From an uncultured delta proteobacterium (GTDB lineage: Bacteria; Myxococcota; UBA727; VGSZ01): a stretch of DNA of 64,000 nt. Below, in pieces: positions 39,301 through 48,422 of this stretch (its first letter is position 1; every line of letters begins with the position of its first letter). Where the stretch lies: NCBI GenBank assembly GCA_963775425.1, contig CAVZJB010000017.1, forward strand, positions 428,282-492,281. The letters are read 5' to 3'. Both the position numbers and the translations under genes were made by a program. Below the pieces are notes generated by a model. The model saw only the letters and a program-made list of their open reading frames with translations, had not been told where the DNA came from and did no database searches.

Positions 39301-39871
39301 CCCCCAGGCAGCGCTGGCGCGGCAGGTGGGCGTCGGTGGCGCCGGCGACGTCGAGCGCGCGCGCCTGGCGGAGCGCTGCGCGGGCTTCGACGTCGTCGAC
39401 GCGGGCTTCGCGGGGCCGCTGCGCATGGTCGATCGCGTCACCGGCTACTGGCCGGGCGCGTCGCGCACCGGTCGCGGCCGCGTCCGCACGGAGAAGGACG
39501 TCGACGCCGGGGAGTGGTTCTTCAAGGCGCACTTCTTCCAGGACCCGGTGCAGCCCGGATCCCTCGGCGTCGAGGCCATGGTGCAGGCGCTCCAGTGGCT
39601 CGCCGTGCACGAGGGGCACCACCGCGGCATGCGCCGCCCGCGCTTCGAGCCGCTCGCCGTCGGTGAGCCCGCCGTGTGGAAGTACCGCGGCCAGGTGACG
39701 CCCCGGAGCAAGCTCGTGCAGGTGGAGCTCGACCTCGTCGACGTCGAGGCCGAGGCCGGCGCCGTGCTGCTGCGCGCCGACGCCGTGCTGTGGGTGGACG
39801 GCACGCCGATCTATCGGGTCGAAGGGCTCGCTGTGCGGCTCGCCGACCTCGACACTACGCTCGAGCGATGA
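33374..39871 (+). CDS. pfaC: PfaBC/Pfa3-type PUFA synthase subunit: KS-CLF-AT plus FabA-type DH and pseudo-DH domains
   Basis: GTG overlaps the upstream stop; DAACASS, ECHATGT, NLGHL; CLF-like MPNIPANRLN; AT-like GISLGE; DH motifs WFFAGHFKDDPCMPG and WFFKAHFFQDPVQPG. Confidence 0.9.
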   Translation: MRPFRPLAVVGQACVLPGASSPAALWDIVSSSRSVVRDVPHGRFRVDAARVAGAPGSCVDRTYSTRGGYVTEGPPSALATTDGLDPLFHWVKDVGRACLVDAGFDAPVRGVRAGAVLGNLSFPTEGMTLFGEQRALDAATRARLGAPWSLDVDPKNRFMSGLPAHLLAEALHLDAGAFALDAACASSLYALRLAALALDDGRADLMLAGAVNRADSLFLHVGFCALQALSPSGVPRPFDRRADGLVPAEGCGFVALMRLEDALAQRRRVHAVIRGVGLRNDGRGKNLLAPSSDGQVRAIRAAWASAGLDPSTADYVECHATGTPMGDRVEVMSVAEAFRGAASTRPLPVGSLKGNLGHLITAAGVAGLIKVIEALRREELPPSVNAEEPLDVLDGRLGLRVQQARAPWAACDGRPRRAGVSAFGFGGNNAHVVVEEHRPERIAIQVPPARPEAGARSEAGGLAVVAAGVRRGAVRTLAGLAAAAAHARAVDGHDVAARTVDVDLDGVRFPPNDLRDALAQQLLAFEAARDAAAGAAALFEDRERVGIFIGMGADVRVTTPGLRWRAPEIARRLAPDLAAGAASFIEALRDSAMPPLGAQGVLGSMPNIPANRLNVQLDVRGPGFTVSAEEHSGLAALDVAAGLIDAGDIDAALVGAVDACDDPRHEAALAALRDSGRGAAGAVVLALTSVARARALDLPVLAVIDASPRAAHGLAGDGAGAGVVDARASRAWLGDTHAASGLFAVAEAVARVAAGVHPEGDGPWLAADRTVRVDVDALSAPRRTLVVTHGGAALSPTPAPLILTVAAADRASLIAALAPSSTPVAGAGRWRAAVVARSAEELTARRAALAQALATSARVDLDGAWAREAEARGPEAIALLCGTAGGVAPGTGLELLRAFPDVTASLAGDVDAAVLEGVLAGTRHAPGCLANLAMASAAMQISARALREVLGVGVGHTLGISLGESNAFFASGVWRDLGAMLMDMERSRLFDEILFGPSPEGAPGFEAARAHWAHLGRAGRGPVADLAAKLADDPWRAVVVRAPVDAVRAACADTGGLCFVLVVHTDDEVEIGGAPAAVDGVSRALGVTGAPMPRMPAVHCPLIGPARDAYRALHRRRVSESGVRTWSHGVDGELTCSDDDACADAVLAQASRAVDFPALVRRVIDAGVRVIVDVSPRGLAGTWAARTAGARADVVSVDGTLASLAAAAARLHVAGVDVDVTRLAALAERPAPARVLRVPPPALPGPLPPAPVVIERMTRPPRLPPVLPQGASLAVPLPLALPASELPAPRGADAGDVGAPSSDAAAFFADNRRRALAAHEELLASMARGHQAFLAHREALTRRAVALADVDAIDAGLAGTVVDGGVIGDEATAPLEVATRARAQRALWGRADLERLASGRIADVWGETFAVQDGFRRQVRMPEPPLLLADRVMRIDASPGVLEKNRSIVTETDVTAEAWYLHEGRCPAGVLIETGQADLLLVSYMGVDFENRGERVYRLLGCDLTYHAPLPLAGTTLEHDIHVDGYATHGDVRIFFFHSDTYGIDEGGRKQLLLSVREGQAGFFTDQELARSGGVLWSPPAPRPPPELSAPLPQPTRKRALSREELVAFSEGDAAACFGPGFEMARTQVRPPRIPAGPLLLIDRVTDLDLEGGYVRAELDLEDRWFFAGHFKDDPCMPGTIMFEGCLEVLAVALAGGGYTLSRDGFRFEPAVDKAFELRCRGQAVPSSRTLVYEAFIKRITDGPEPAVVADVLVTVDGLKSLHCESVEVKLSVDWPLSSARGFSGRDGVSPRTTHALLATGTGRPSEAFPELYAGLDDGRRVPRLPGPPYHFMSRVVDTGGPAAGALLRGEDPAGAYAVVEYDVPPGAWYFDDTSPFAGGAMPFAVFLEVALQPCGWVSSVVGSALTAGDDLYYRNLDGTSRLHRTVGRDAGTLVTRATLLKSSSSGGMIIQELSFAVTTADGAPVYDGTTVFGFFPQAALARQVGVGGAGDVERARLAERCAGFDVVDAGFAGPLRMVDRVTGYWPGASRTGRGRVRTEKDVDAGEWFFKAHFFQDPVQPGSLGVEAMVQALQWLAVHEGHHRGMRRPRFEPLAVGEPAVWKYRGQVTPRSKLVQVELDLVDVEAEAGAVLLRADAVLWVDGTPIYRVEGLAVRLADLDTTLER

Positions 39872-40545
39872 CCGGCGCCTCGGCGGGGAGAGAGCCCCCG
39901 CGCCACGACATGGCTGGGCCCCCGCACGACGACGCGCGTGAGCCCTCGCGCGACCCAAGCGGCCTCGCGCCGCGGTCGTTCTTCCTGCGCGACGTCGACG
40001 TCGTCGCGCGCGACCTCGTCGGACAGTTGCTCGCCAAGGACGGCGTGGTCCTGCGCGTGACCGAGTGCGAGGCCTACGGGCCCGTCGGCGACAGCGCCGC
40101 GCACTGCCGCTTCGGCCGCACCGCGCGCACGGAGCCCATGTGGCGCGAGGGCGGGCGCGCCTACGTGTACCTCTGCTACGGCATCCACTGGATGCTCAAC
40201 CTCGTCACCGGCGGCGACGGCGATCCCCGGGCCGTGCTCGTCCGCTCCGCCGAGGTCGTCGACGGCCTCGACGTCGTCGTCGCCCGCCGCGGGAGGAAGG
40301 CCGACGCGCAGCTCGTCGCCGGCCCCGGCAAGGTCGCGCAGGCCCTCGCCCTCGACGGCGGCTACAACCACCACGATCTCTGCGCCGCCGGCGGCCTCGA
40401 GCTCCGGCTCGATCGGCCCGCCGCGCGCGTCCTCAGCGGCCGGCGCGTGGGCATCGACTACGCGGCGCCGGCGGACCGCCGCGCGCGGCGCAGGTTCGCG
40501 CTCGCGGGCGCCGCCGGCGTCACCGCGCGCGCCGCCCTGCGCTGA
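39868..40545 (+). CDS. DNA-3-methyladenine glycosylase (MPG/AAG family)
   Basis: VARDLVG, TECEAY, DSAAH, AYVYLCYGIHWMLN, AVLVRS, GPGK, RVGI. Start 39868 or 39910. Confidence 0.92.
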   Translation: MTGASAGREPPRHDMAGPPHDDAREPSRDPSGLAPRSFFLRDVDVVARDLVGQLLAKDGVVLRVTECEAYGPVGDSAAHCRFGRTARTEPMWREGGRAYVYLCYGIHWMLNLVTGGDGDPRAVLVRSAEVVDGLDVVVARRGRKADAQLVAGPGKVAQALALDGGYNHHDLCAAGGLELRLDRPAARVLSGRRVGIDYAAPADRRARRRFALAGAAGVTARAALR

Positions 40546-40556
40546 CCCGGGTCGGC

Positions 40557-42797
40557 TCAGGCGCGCGAGCCGCGCAGCAGCCGCAGCACGTCGCTGATGA
40601 TCCGCGTCCGTCTCGGCCGGGCGCGCGCCGTCCAGCGCGTGCGCCGCGCCTCGCGCAGGCGCTCGACGACCACGGTGGCGCAGTCGGGCCGGTCCGCGGG
40701 CCCCTTCTCGAGGAGCCGGAGCGTGAGCGCGACGAGTGACTCCGGCAGGTCCTCCCGGAAGCTCCGCGGGTCCGGCGGCGGCCGCTGCGCGTGCGCGATG
40801 GCGAGCTCGAGGAGGTCCTTGGCGGGAAACGCGGGACGACCGGTGAGCATCTCGAAGAGGATGAGCCCGAGCGAGTAGAGGTCGCTTCGGTGGTCGACAC
40901 GGGCGTCGGCGCGGAAGCGCTCCGGAGCGGCGTACGCGGGCGAGCCCATGTTCGTCGACGTCGACGACACGTTCAACAGCTTGGCGATGCCGAGGTCGAT
41001 GAGCACCGCGGTCTCGTGCCCGGGGTCGGCGCGCACCATGACGTTTTGCGGCTTGAGGTCACGATGAATGAAGTCGAGCTCGTGCAGCTTGGCGAGGCCG
41101 AGCGCGATGTGCTCGGCGAGCTCGACGGCGCGCTCGAGATCGAGGCCGCGCCGGCCGTCGGCGGCCATGATCTCGGCGAGGCTCCTGCCGGGGATGTAGC
41201 TGAAGGCGAGGAAGCCGCGCCGCTGAGCGGCGTCGATCCGCCAGCGATGCAGTTGCGTGATGTGCGGATGACCCTGCATCCCGATCACGGCGCGCACCTC
41301 GCGCTCGAACCGCGCGCGCGCCCCCTCGCTGTCGAGCGGGATGGACTTGAGCGCCACGTCGTAGCCGTTGGTCGGATCGCGCGCGAGGTACACCACGCCC
41401 TGGCCACCGTCCCCGAGACGCCGCACGATCTCGTAGTCCCAGATGGTGTTCGGCAGGCTGTCCTCGGGCTGCTGCGCCCGCGGCGGCGCCGGCGGCGAGA
41501 ACCGCGCGAACAAGCGAAGGCCCGCGGCGACGTCCAGGTGCCGCAGCTCGCGCCAACGTTCCATCCCGCTGCACCACACGAGGCTGCGCGCGGTGATCAC
41601 GCCGCCCTGCGCGCGCCGGCGCAGCTCCTCGAGGGTCACGGGTCCGCGGCTGCGGCCGCTCTCGCCCTCCTCGATCCACCACGTGGCATCGCGGCGGTAG
41701 AGGCCCGCGAGGTCCGCCAGCGCGTGCGCCTCCTCGTCGACGAGCCGCGTGGTGACGTCGCCGCGCTCCGCCCGATGCCGCGCGGCCGCCCGCAGCGGCG
41801 GCGGAAACGACGCCCGAGGCGCCTTGCGCGCCGTCGACGCGCTCGACGGCGGCGACGGCGGCGGCGAAACGGCGACGTCTCCGGCGCGCGGCGGCGCGGC
41901 GGGCAGGGTGTCGATCGCGCGCGAGGCAGGGACGGCCGCGAGCGCGGTCCCGGTCGGCACCGCGGCGGCCGACGGCGACGGCGACGGCGCAGGCGCGCTG
42001 CGGCGGGAGAGCAGGAAGAGGGTCGTCTGCACCGAGTCGGCGCCGGGGAGCGACGACGCCAGCGACGCGAGCTCCGCCTCCACCGCCGCCGCCGGCGTCT
42101 CTCGCCGCAGCGCCGCGCGGCAGATCTCGCCGAGGCGACGCGGCATCGAGCGAAAGTGCGCGTCGGCCTCCGGCGCGAGCGGCTCGGCGCGCGGCGCGCG
42201 GTGGCCGAGCGCAGGGCTCGAGACCGCCGTGGCGTACGGGCTCGTGGAGGTCACCAGGCGGAACACCAGCACGCCGAGCGCGGCCACGTCGCCGCGCGTG
42301 TCGTCGCTCTCCTCCGGCGACGCCAGCGGCGTCGGGCTCCCGCAGAACAAGCCGAGCAGCTTCACCGACGCGTCGGTCTGCACGAACACGTCTTCGGGAC
42401 CGAAGAAGCCGTGGGCGGTCCCTCGCGCGTGCGCCCACGCCACCGCCGACGCCACGCGCGCGCCGATGTGCGCGCCGACCGCGAACGACACCGGTCCGCG
42501 GCTCTTGCGGTCGCGCACCACGGCGCGCGCGTCCCGCCCGTCGACGGGCTCGAGCACCACCGCGCCGGGCCCCGCGTCGAGCACGCCGAGGACGCCGGGG
42601 TGCGCGTTGCCGAGCGAGACGCGCGCGCGCTCGGCGAGGAAGAAGCGTCGTTCGAGCAGCGCGTCGAGCAGGAGCACCGAAGCCGCGGCGCCGGTGCGCT
42701 CGTCGCGCGCCGCGTACAGCCTGCCCAGCCGGCGCCCCCCGAGGTCGTCGAGGAGGCGCCAGCGGCCGAGCGCGAGGCGCGGGCCCGGGGGCGTCAT
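40557..42797 (-). CDS. Ser/Thr kinase with N-terminal pseudokinase, Pro-rich linker, GYF_2-like domain and C-terminal kinase
   Basis: C-terminal LGDGGQGVVY, VALK, HRDLKPQN, DLG, APE; N-terminal degenerate kinase; GPVTLEEL...LVWCSGMERW. Confidence 0.85.
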   Translation of the reverse strand: MTPPGPRLALGRWRLLDDLGGRRLGRLYAARDERTGAAASVLLLDALLERRFFLAERARVSLGNAHPGVLGVLDAGPGAVVLEPVDGRDARAVVRDRKSRGPVSFAVGAHIGARVASAVAWAHARGTAHGFFGPEDVFVQTDASVKLLGLFCGSPTPLASPEESDDTRGDVAALGVLVFRLVTSTSPYATAVSSPALGHRAPRAEPLAPEADAHFRSMPRRLGEICRAALRRETPAAAVEAELASLASSLPGADSVQTTLFLLSRRSAPAPSPSPSAAAVPTGTALAAVPASRAIDTLPAAPPRAGDVAVSPPPSPPSSASTARKAPRASFPPPLRAAARHRAERGDVTTRLVDEEAHALADLAGLYRRDATWWIEEGESGRSRGPVTLEELRRRAQGGVITARSLVWCSGMERWRELRHLDVAAGLRLFARFSPPAPPRAQQPEDSLPNTIWDYEIVRRLGDGGQGVVYLARDPTNGYDVALKSIPLDSEGARARFEREVRAVIGMQGHPHITQLHRWRIDAAQRRGFLAFSYIPGRSLAEIMAADGRRGLDLERAVELAEHIALGLAKLHELDFIHRDLKPQNVMVRADPGHETAVLIDLGIAKLLNVSSTSTNMGSPAYAAPERFRADARVDHRSDLYSLGLILFEMLTGRPAFPAKDLLELAIAHAQRPPPDPRSFREDLPESLVALTLRLLEKGPADRPDCATVVVERLREARRTRWTARARPRRTRIISDVLRLLRGSRA

Positions 42798-43046
42798 GGG
42801 CCCATGGGTGCGCGCGAACGGCCTCGCCGTCAACGGCTCGACAGCCGATGTGAGCGTCGTCACCACGGGTGTTCGACCGATGCCCACCCCACGTCGCATC
42901 GACCGTCGAGGGCGTTCGCACTACGTTCCCGACGCGATGAAGGGCACGCTCAAGACCCGCACGCTCGACACGGAGTGCGAGGGCATGCGCGCGGTCCTCG
43001 ACGCCATGACCGTCGCGCTGTCCAGGCTGGTGAAGGAGGAGAGGTT

Positions 43047-43478
43047 GTGAGCCGCTATTCCGTCGACGTCATGCGGCGCCTGATGGAGGAGGAGATCCCC
43101 TTCAACAGGCACCTCGGCCTCAAGGCGAGGAAGCTCGCCGAGGACGAGGTCGAGCTGGTGCTCCCGTTTCGTCCCGAGCACATCGGCGACCCGTTGAGGC
43201 CCGCGCTCCATGGCGGCACCATCTCCATGCTCATCGACACCGCCGGCGGCGCCGCCGCCTTCATGCAGGTGTCCGCCGGGGAGCGTGTGTCCACCGTCGA
43301 CCTCGTCGTCGACTACCTGCTCCCAGGCCCCGCCGTCGACATCATGGCCCGCGCCCGCATCGTGCGCCGGGGCAACCGCGTCTGCATCGCCAACGTCGAT
43401 GTGGTCCGCGTCGACGACGAGTCCGTCGTCATCGCCCAGGGCCGCGGCGTGTACAACATCCACAAGCCGCCGACGTGA
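43047..43478 (+). CDS. PaaI-family hotdog thioesterase
   Basis: PFNRHLG, LHGGTISMLIDTAGG, STVDLVVDYL; GTG start with GGAGAG RBS. Confidence 0.9.
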   Translation: MSRYSVDVMRRLMEEEIPFNRHLGLKARKLAEDEVELVLPFRPEHIGDPLRPALHGGTISMLIDTAGGAAAFMQVSAGERVSTVDLVVDYLLPGPAVDIMARARIVRRGNRVCIANVDVVRVDDESVVIAQGRGVYNIHKPPT

Positions 43479-43585
43479 TCGTCGACCGGCGTCCCCTCGG
43501 AGACGAGCGCGCCGTGAGGTCGCCGCGCGGCGCCGCGCGCTGAGGGTCACGACGTCGCGCCGAGGGTCGGAGGTATAGTCGGGCG

Positions 43586-44806
43586 GTGCTGCCGGCGCTC
43601 CTCTTCGCGTTCGTCCCCGCCACCGCCCCTGCGCTGACATACGCGGCGCCGGCGCGGACCTCGCCGGCGACGGCTTTCAAGCTGACCACGTGGGACAAGG
43701 GCGAGCACGCGTTCATCGGGACGGACCTCGTCAACCTGCGCGAGGCCGCGAGCGCAGACGCCGCCGTGCGGAGCCAACTCGACTTCGGTACGCGCGTCAC
43801 CGTCCTCGGTCGCGGGCCGCGCGTGAGGCTCGGGCGCGCGGTCAACTGCTGGTACCAGGTGGAGGCGAAGACAGAGCGCGGCGATCGGACGGGCTACGTG
43901 TTCGGCGCCACGCTGTCGCCGTTTTTGGTCGAGGCGGACCTCGATGACGACGGCGTGCAAGAGCGGTTCAGCGTCGGCTGGACCGACACGTTCGCGGCGC
44001 GCGTGCGCGCGTTCGAGCCCGATGCGTTCGGCGGCGACCGTGAGGCCAAGGCGCGCTTCGTACCCGGCGGAACGTGGAAGGGAGGGCGCGTGACGAAGCT
44101 CGCCAGCATCCCGAAGCAAGAGGCGGGGCTGCCGCTCCTCGAGCTCGACGTCCTCATCGGCAATCCGACCGCCCCCTACCAGACCACGTGGCGCACCTTC
44201 TACGCGTACCACCCTCCCGCGGACGGCGGCCGCGGCCCAGGAGAGCTCGTCGAACAGATGTCGACCTATCGCAACAACGACATCGACACGCGCGTGACGT
44301 TCGACCCGAACAAGCGCGTCGGCGAGGTGCGCTTCGTCGAGCACGGCAAGGTGGGTGACAAGGTCGACCGTTACCCGCTGACGGCGGGGGCGAAGCCTGA
44401 GGCCTTCTCGTGCACCCTGGACGCCGCCGGGATCGTCGCAGGCGGCCCCCCGGGGGCGAAGATGAGGCGCGACGGGCGCTTCGCCGTGTTCACCAGGCCG
44501 CTCTCCGGCGGTGTCCGTCTGCGAGTGTCACAGGGCGGCTGCGAGCACTTCGCCCAGGTGTGGCGCTTCGAGGGGGTGACGCCGGAGCCGTCTTTGAAGG
44601 GACGCGCACGGCAGGCCGTCGTCCTGCTCAAACGCGCAGGCGGGCAGCACGCGACGTTGATGTCGAGCGCCATACACGAGGCGCTGGCGACACTGGCCGA
44701 AGACGACGAAGGCAATATCCCGTGTGGCGATGCGACTTGCTCGGTGACGGTCGACGGCGCCGGGGACCGCACCACGCTCATCGTGAGCTACGACTTCCCG
44801 CTGTGA
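43586..44806 (+). CDS. Secreted protein with bacterial SH3-like domain
   Basis: Signal-like N-terminus; VNLREAAS...L.FGTRVTVL...WYQV...GYVFG. Confidence 0.65.
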   Translation: MLPALLFAFVPATAPALTYAAPARTSPATAFKLTTWDKGEHAFIGTDLVNLREAASADAAVRSQLDFGTRVTVLGRGPRVRLGRAVNCWYQVEAKTERGDRTGYVFGATLSPFLVEADLDDDGVQERFSVGWTDTFAARVRAFEPDAFGGDREAKARFVPGGTWKGGRVTKLASIPKQEAGLPLLELDVLIGNPTAPYQTTWRTFYAYHPPADGGRGPGELVEQMSTYRNNDIDTRVTFDPNKRVGEVRFVEHGKVGDKVDRYPLTAGAKPEAFSCTLDAAGIVAGGPPGAKMRRDGRFAVFTRPLSGGVRLRVSQGGCEHFAQVWRFEGVTPEPSLKGRARQAVVLLKRAGGQHATLMSSAIHEALATLAEDDEGNIPCGDATCSVTVDGAGDRTTLIVSYDFPL

Positions 44807-44830
44807 CGCCCGGGCGCAGGGATGCGCCTG

Positions 44831-46594
44831 TCAGCCGCCGCTCTTGCGCTGCAGCTCGACGTAGGTGGCGTACACGCCGTCCTTCTTCGCGAGGAGCTCC
44901 GCGTGGGTGCCCTCCTCGACGAGCTCGCCCAGGTGCAGGACGAAGATCTTGTCGCTCTTCTCGATGGTGGACAGCCGGTGCGCCACGATCAGCGCCGTCC
45001 GCCCCTCGATGAGCTTCTCCGTCGCGGCCTGCAACAAGCGCTCGGTGTGGCGATCGACGCTGGCGGTGGCCTCGTCGAGGATGAGGATGGGCGGGTCCGT
45101 CACCAACGCCCGCGACAAGGCAAGGAGCTGGCGCTCGCCGAGCGAGAGGTTCTGGCCGCGCTCGGCCACGACGCCGTCGAGCCCGCCGTGGCGCTCGAGC
45201 ACCAGCTCCGCCTGGCACGCGCGCACCGCTCGCTCGAGCTGCTCGTCGCTGGCGTCCGGGCTGCCGAAGCGCAGGTTGTCGCGCAGCGTGCCGGCGAACA
45301 GGAACACGTCCTGGGGCACCGCCGTGGTCAACCGCCGCAGCGCACCCGGGTCCATCTCGCGGATGTCGACGCCGTCGATGGTGATGCGGCCGCCGGTGAC
45401 GTCGTACAGCCGCGGCACGAGCTTCATCACGGTGCTCTTGCCGGCGCCGGTATGCCCGACCACCGCCACCCGCTGGCCCTTCTCGACGGCGAGCGTGATG
45501 CCCTTCAAGATCTCCGGCCCGTCGCCGTAGCGGAAGTGCACGTCCTCGAAGCGCAGCTCGCGCGTGAACACCGCCGGCTTGGGGGCCGCCGGCGCGAAGA
45601 TGGGCTCTTCCTCGTTTTCGAGGTCGACGATGCGGTCGGCCGCGATGAGCGCGCTCTGGATGACCGTGGTCTTGTTCGAGAGCTCGCGGATGGGAATGAA
45701 GAAGCGCCCGAGCGCCTCGATGAACGTGACGAGCACGCCGAGCGTGAGCGCGCTGTGCGTGGCGAGGAAGCCGCCGGCGGCGAGCGCGACGGCGACGGCG
45801 ATCGTGGCGACGCCGTCGACGAACGAGAACACGCCGGCGTCGACGGCGATGGCTTGGCGGTTGGCCACCATGTACGCGCGGTTTTCGTCTTCGAAGCGCG
45901 CCCGGATGCGCGGCCCTTGCGCGAAGAGCTGCACGATGGCCATGCCCGACAACATCTCCTGGAGCGACCCGTTCAGCGTGGCGAGCGCCGCCCGCACGCG
46001 GCCGAAGGCGATGCGCGAACGGCGCCGAAACCACTGCACGCCCACCGCGAGGATGGGGATGGTGACGAGCGTGGCGAACGACAGCTTGACGTCGACGAAG
46101 AACAGCATCACCAGGGTGCCGCTCAGGAAGAGCAGGTCGCCGACGATGCTGACGGCGCCGGAGGAGAACAACTCCGCCACGTTCTCGGTGTCGTTGGACA
46201 CGCGCGTCATCACCTTGCCGAGCGGTGTGCGATCGAAGTACGCCATGGGCAGCCGCTGGATCTTGGCGAACAGGCGCGTGCGCAGGTCCCGCACCGCCGA
46301 CTGTCCCATGCGCTGCATCATGAAGAGCTGCGCCATCTCGATGAGCGCCCGCGCGAGGACGCTGACGACGTAGGCGGAGGCCCACAACGCGGTCTTGTCG
46401 AGGTCCTTGTGGCGGAAGCCCTGGTCCACCGCGAACCCGATGAACAGCGGCTGCACGATCTGGGCGGCGGTGAGCGGCGCGTACAGCACGGCCGCGATGC
46501 TGAACGTGGTCTTGTGCGGCACCAGCTCGCGCGCGAGCCGCTTGATCAGCGTCCAGTCGCTGAGCTGCTTCACCGGGCGCGCGGTCGTCGTCAC
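44831..46594 (-). CDS. ABC exporter, fused TMD-NBD (heterodimer half 2)
   Basis: GHTGAGKST, LSLGERQ, ILDEAT, AHRLST; GTG overlaps the upstream stop. Confidence 0.93.
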   Translation of the reverse strand: MTTTARPVKQLSDWTLIKRLARELVPHKTTFSIAAVLYAPLTAAQIVQPLFIGFAVDQGFRHKDLDKTALWASAYVVSVLARALIEMAQLFMMQRMGQSAVRDLRTRLFAKIQRLPMAYFDRTPLGKVMTRVSNDTENVAELFSSGAVSIVGDLLFLSGTLVMLFFVDVKLSFATLVTIPILAVGVQWFRRRSRIAFGRVRAALATLNGSLQEMLSGMAIVQLFAQGPRIRARFEDENRAYMVANRQAIAVDAGVFSFVDGVATIAVAVALAAGGFLATHSALTLGVLVTFIEALGRFFIPIRELSNKTTVIQSALIAADRIVDLENEEEPIFAPAAPKPAVFTRELRFEDVHFRYGDGPEILKGITLAVEKGQRVAVVGHTGAGKSTVMKLVPRLYDVTGGRITIDGVDIREMDPGALRRLTTAVPQDVFLFAGTLRDNLRFGSPDASDEQLERAVRACQAELVLERHGGLDGVVAERGQNLSLGERQLLALSRALVTDPPILILDEATASVDRHTERLLQAATEKLIEGRTALIVAHRLSTIEKSDKIFVLHLGELVEEGTHAELLAKKDGVYATYVELQRKSGG

Positions 46595-48399
46595 TCCGCC
46601 GCCCTCTGCCGCCGCTCGAGCGCCTTGCGCAGCTGCTCCTGCCCCCACAGGTCCGCGTAGAGCCCGCCGAGCTTCAACAGCTCGTCGTGGGTGCCGCGCT
46701 CCACGACGCGGCCCTGATCGAGCGCCACGATCTCGTCGGCCTCGCGCACCGCGCTCAGGCGATGGGAGACGACGATGAGCGTGGCCGCGCTCTTCTTCAG
46801 CGCGTTTACGATGTTGGCCTCGGTCTCCGCGTCCACGGCGCTCAGGCTGTCGTCGAGGAGCAGCAGCGACGGCTTGGCCAGGATGGCGCGGCCGAGCGCG
46901 GTGCGCTGCCGCTGCCCACCCGAAAGCGTGACGCCGCGCTCGCCGACCATGGTCTTCAGCCCGTCGGGGAAGGCCTCGACGTCGCGCCGCAGGTCGCACA
47001 GGTCGATGACGGCCTCGACCTCCGCGTCGGTGGCGTCGGGGCGACCGAAGGCGAGGTTGTCCCGCAGCGTGGCCGAAAACAAAAAGCCGTCCTCGGGCAC
47101 CACGCCGATGCCCTTGTGCAGCGCGCGCAGGTGCCACTCGTTGACGTCGACGTCGTCGATGAAGAGGCTGTCGCGCGGACACGGCACCTGGCGCGCCACC
47201 GCGCGCAGGAGCGTGGACTTGCCCGAGGCGTTCTTGCCCACCACGCCGAGCACGTGCCCGGGGGCCACCTCGGCGTCGAAGTCCTGGAGCGCGAGCACGC
47301 CCGGCGCCACCTCCACGGTGAGCTTCTTGGCGCGCAGCTTGCCTGTGACGGCCTTTTCGACGGGGCCGTCGACGATGTCCGGCCGCACCGCGAGCACCTC
47401 GTTGATGCGCGCGAGGCTCGCCTTGCCGCGCTGGTACACGCTCACGATGAAGCCCATGGCGATGGTGGGCCACGCGAGCTGGATGAGGCGCGTGTTCATC
47501 TCGACGACGTCGCCGACCTCGAGCCGACCGGCGATGATGGCGCGGCCGCCGACGTAGAGCGACACGCCGATGGCGACGCTGCCGAGCGCGGCCATGACGG
47601 GGCCCATGGCGAGCCGGATGGTGGCGAGGCGCATGGCGGCTTCGTAGACGGCGTCGGCGCTCTTCCTGAAGCGCGCCACCTCGCCGTCCTCGCGCGAGAA
47701 CGCGCGCACCACCTGCTGCCCGGCGAGGTTCTCCTGCACCGCCGCCGTCATCCTGCCGAGCGCCACCTGGTTTTCGCGCGTGCGGCGGAACATCGCGCGC
47801 GACACGCTCTGCGCCGACACGATGATGAGCGGGAACGGCAGGAGCACGAGCGCGGCGACCTTGGCGTCGATGGAGATCATCAGCGGGATGTTGGCGACGA
47901 AGACGATCCCTGCGTTGAGCGCGTTGAGGAGCGCGAAGCCCGCCATCAAGCGCACCGCCGTCATGTCGTTGGTGAGGCGGCTCATCAAGTCGCCCACGGA
48001 GCTCTTGCGGTAGTACGTGGGCGACAGCGTGGACAGGTGCGAGAACAGCTCGGAGCGCAGGGCGCGCTCGACGTCACGCCCGACGTTGAACAGCACGATG
48101 CGCGACATCACCCGCGCCGCGGCGCCGACCGCCGCGGCGACGGCGATGGCGATGACCACCCCCCAGATGCCCGGCCGGTCCACCCCGAACACCGACAGCA
48201 CCGAGGCACCGTGAGGCGCCTTGCCCTCGACGGCGGCGATGCCCTCGTTCACCAGCCGCGGGATGGTGAGGAGCAGGCCGTTGGTGACGGCGAGCCAGAC
48301 GACGCCGATGAGGGCGTGGCGCAGGTGGGGGATGAACAGCACGAGCAGGGACGGGGTCCGCCCTGCGGGTCGCTCGCCGAGTACCGTCACGCCGGCCAT
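46591..48399 (-). CDS. ABC exporter, fused TMD-NBD (heterodimer half 1, degenerate site)
   Basis: GKNASGKST, LSGGQRQR, LLDDSLSAVD, SHRLS. Confidence 0.93.
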   Translation of the reverse strand: MAGVTVLGERPAGRTPSLLVLFIPHLRHALIGVVWLAVTNGLLLTIPRLVNEGIAAVEGKAPHGASVLSVFGVDRPGIWGVVIAIAVAAAVGAAARVMSRIVLFNVGRDVERALRSELFSHLSTLSPTYYRKSSVGDLMSRLTNDMTAVRLMAGFALLNALNAGIVFVANIPLMISIDAKVAALVLLPFPLIIVSAQSVSRAMFRRTRENQVALGRMTAAVQENLAGQQVVRAFSREDGEVARFRKSADAVYEAAMRLATIRLAMGPVMAALGSVAIGVSLYVGGRAIIAGRLEVGDVVEMNTRLIQLAWPTIAMGFIVSVYQRGKASLARINEVLAVRPDIVDGPVEKAVTGKLRAKKLTVEVAPGVLALQDFDAEVAPGHVLGVVGKNASGKSTLLRAVARQVPCPRDSLFIDDVDVNEWHLRALHKGIGVVPEDGFLFSATLRDNLAFGRPDATDAEVEAVIDLCDLRRDVEAFPDGLKTMVGERGVTLSGGQRQRTALGRAILAKPSLLLLDDSLSAVDAETEANIVNALKKSAATLIVVSHRLSAVREADEIVALDQGRVVERGTHDELLKLGGLYADLWGQEQLRKALERRQRAAE

Positions 48400-48422
48400 G
48401 GGTCGGCCGGTCTATCGCCTCT

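Noticed and set aside
39868-40545. Glycosylase as a self-resistance gene of the pfa cluster
   Set aside because: It overlaps the pfa3 stop, but nothing suggests an alkylating product; more likely a housekeeping neighbour.
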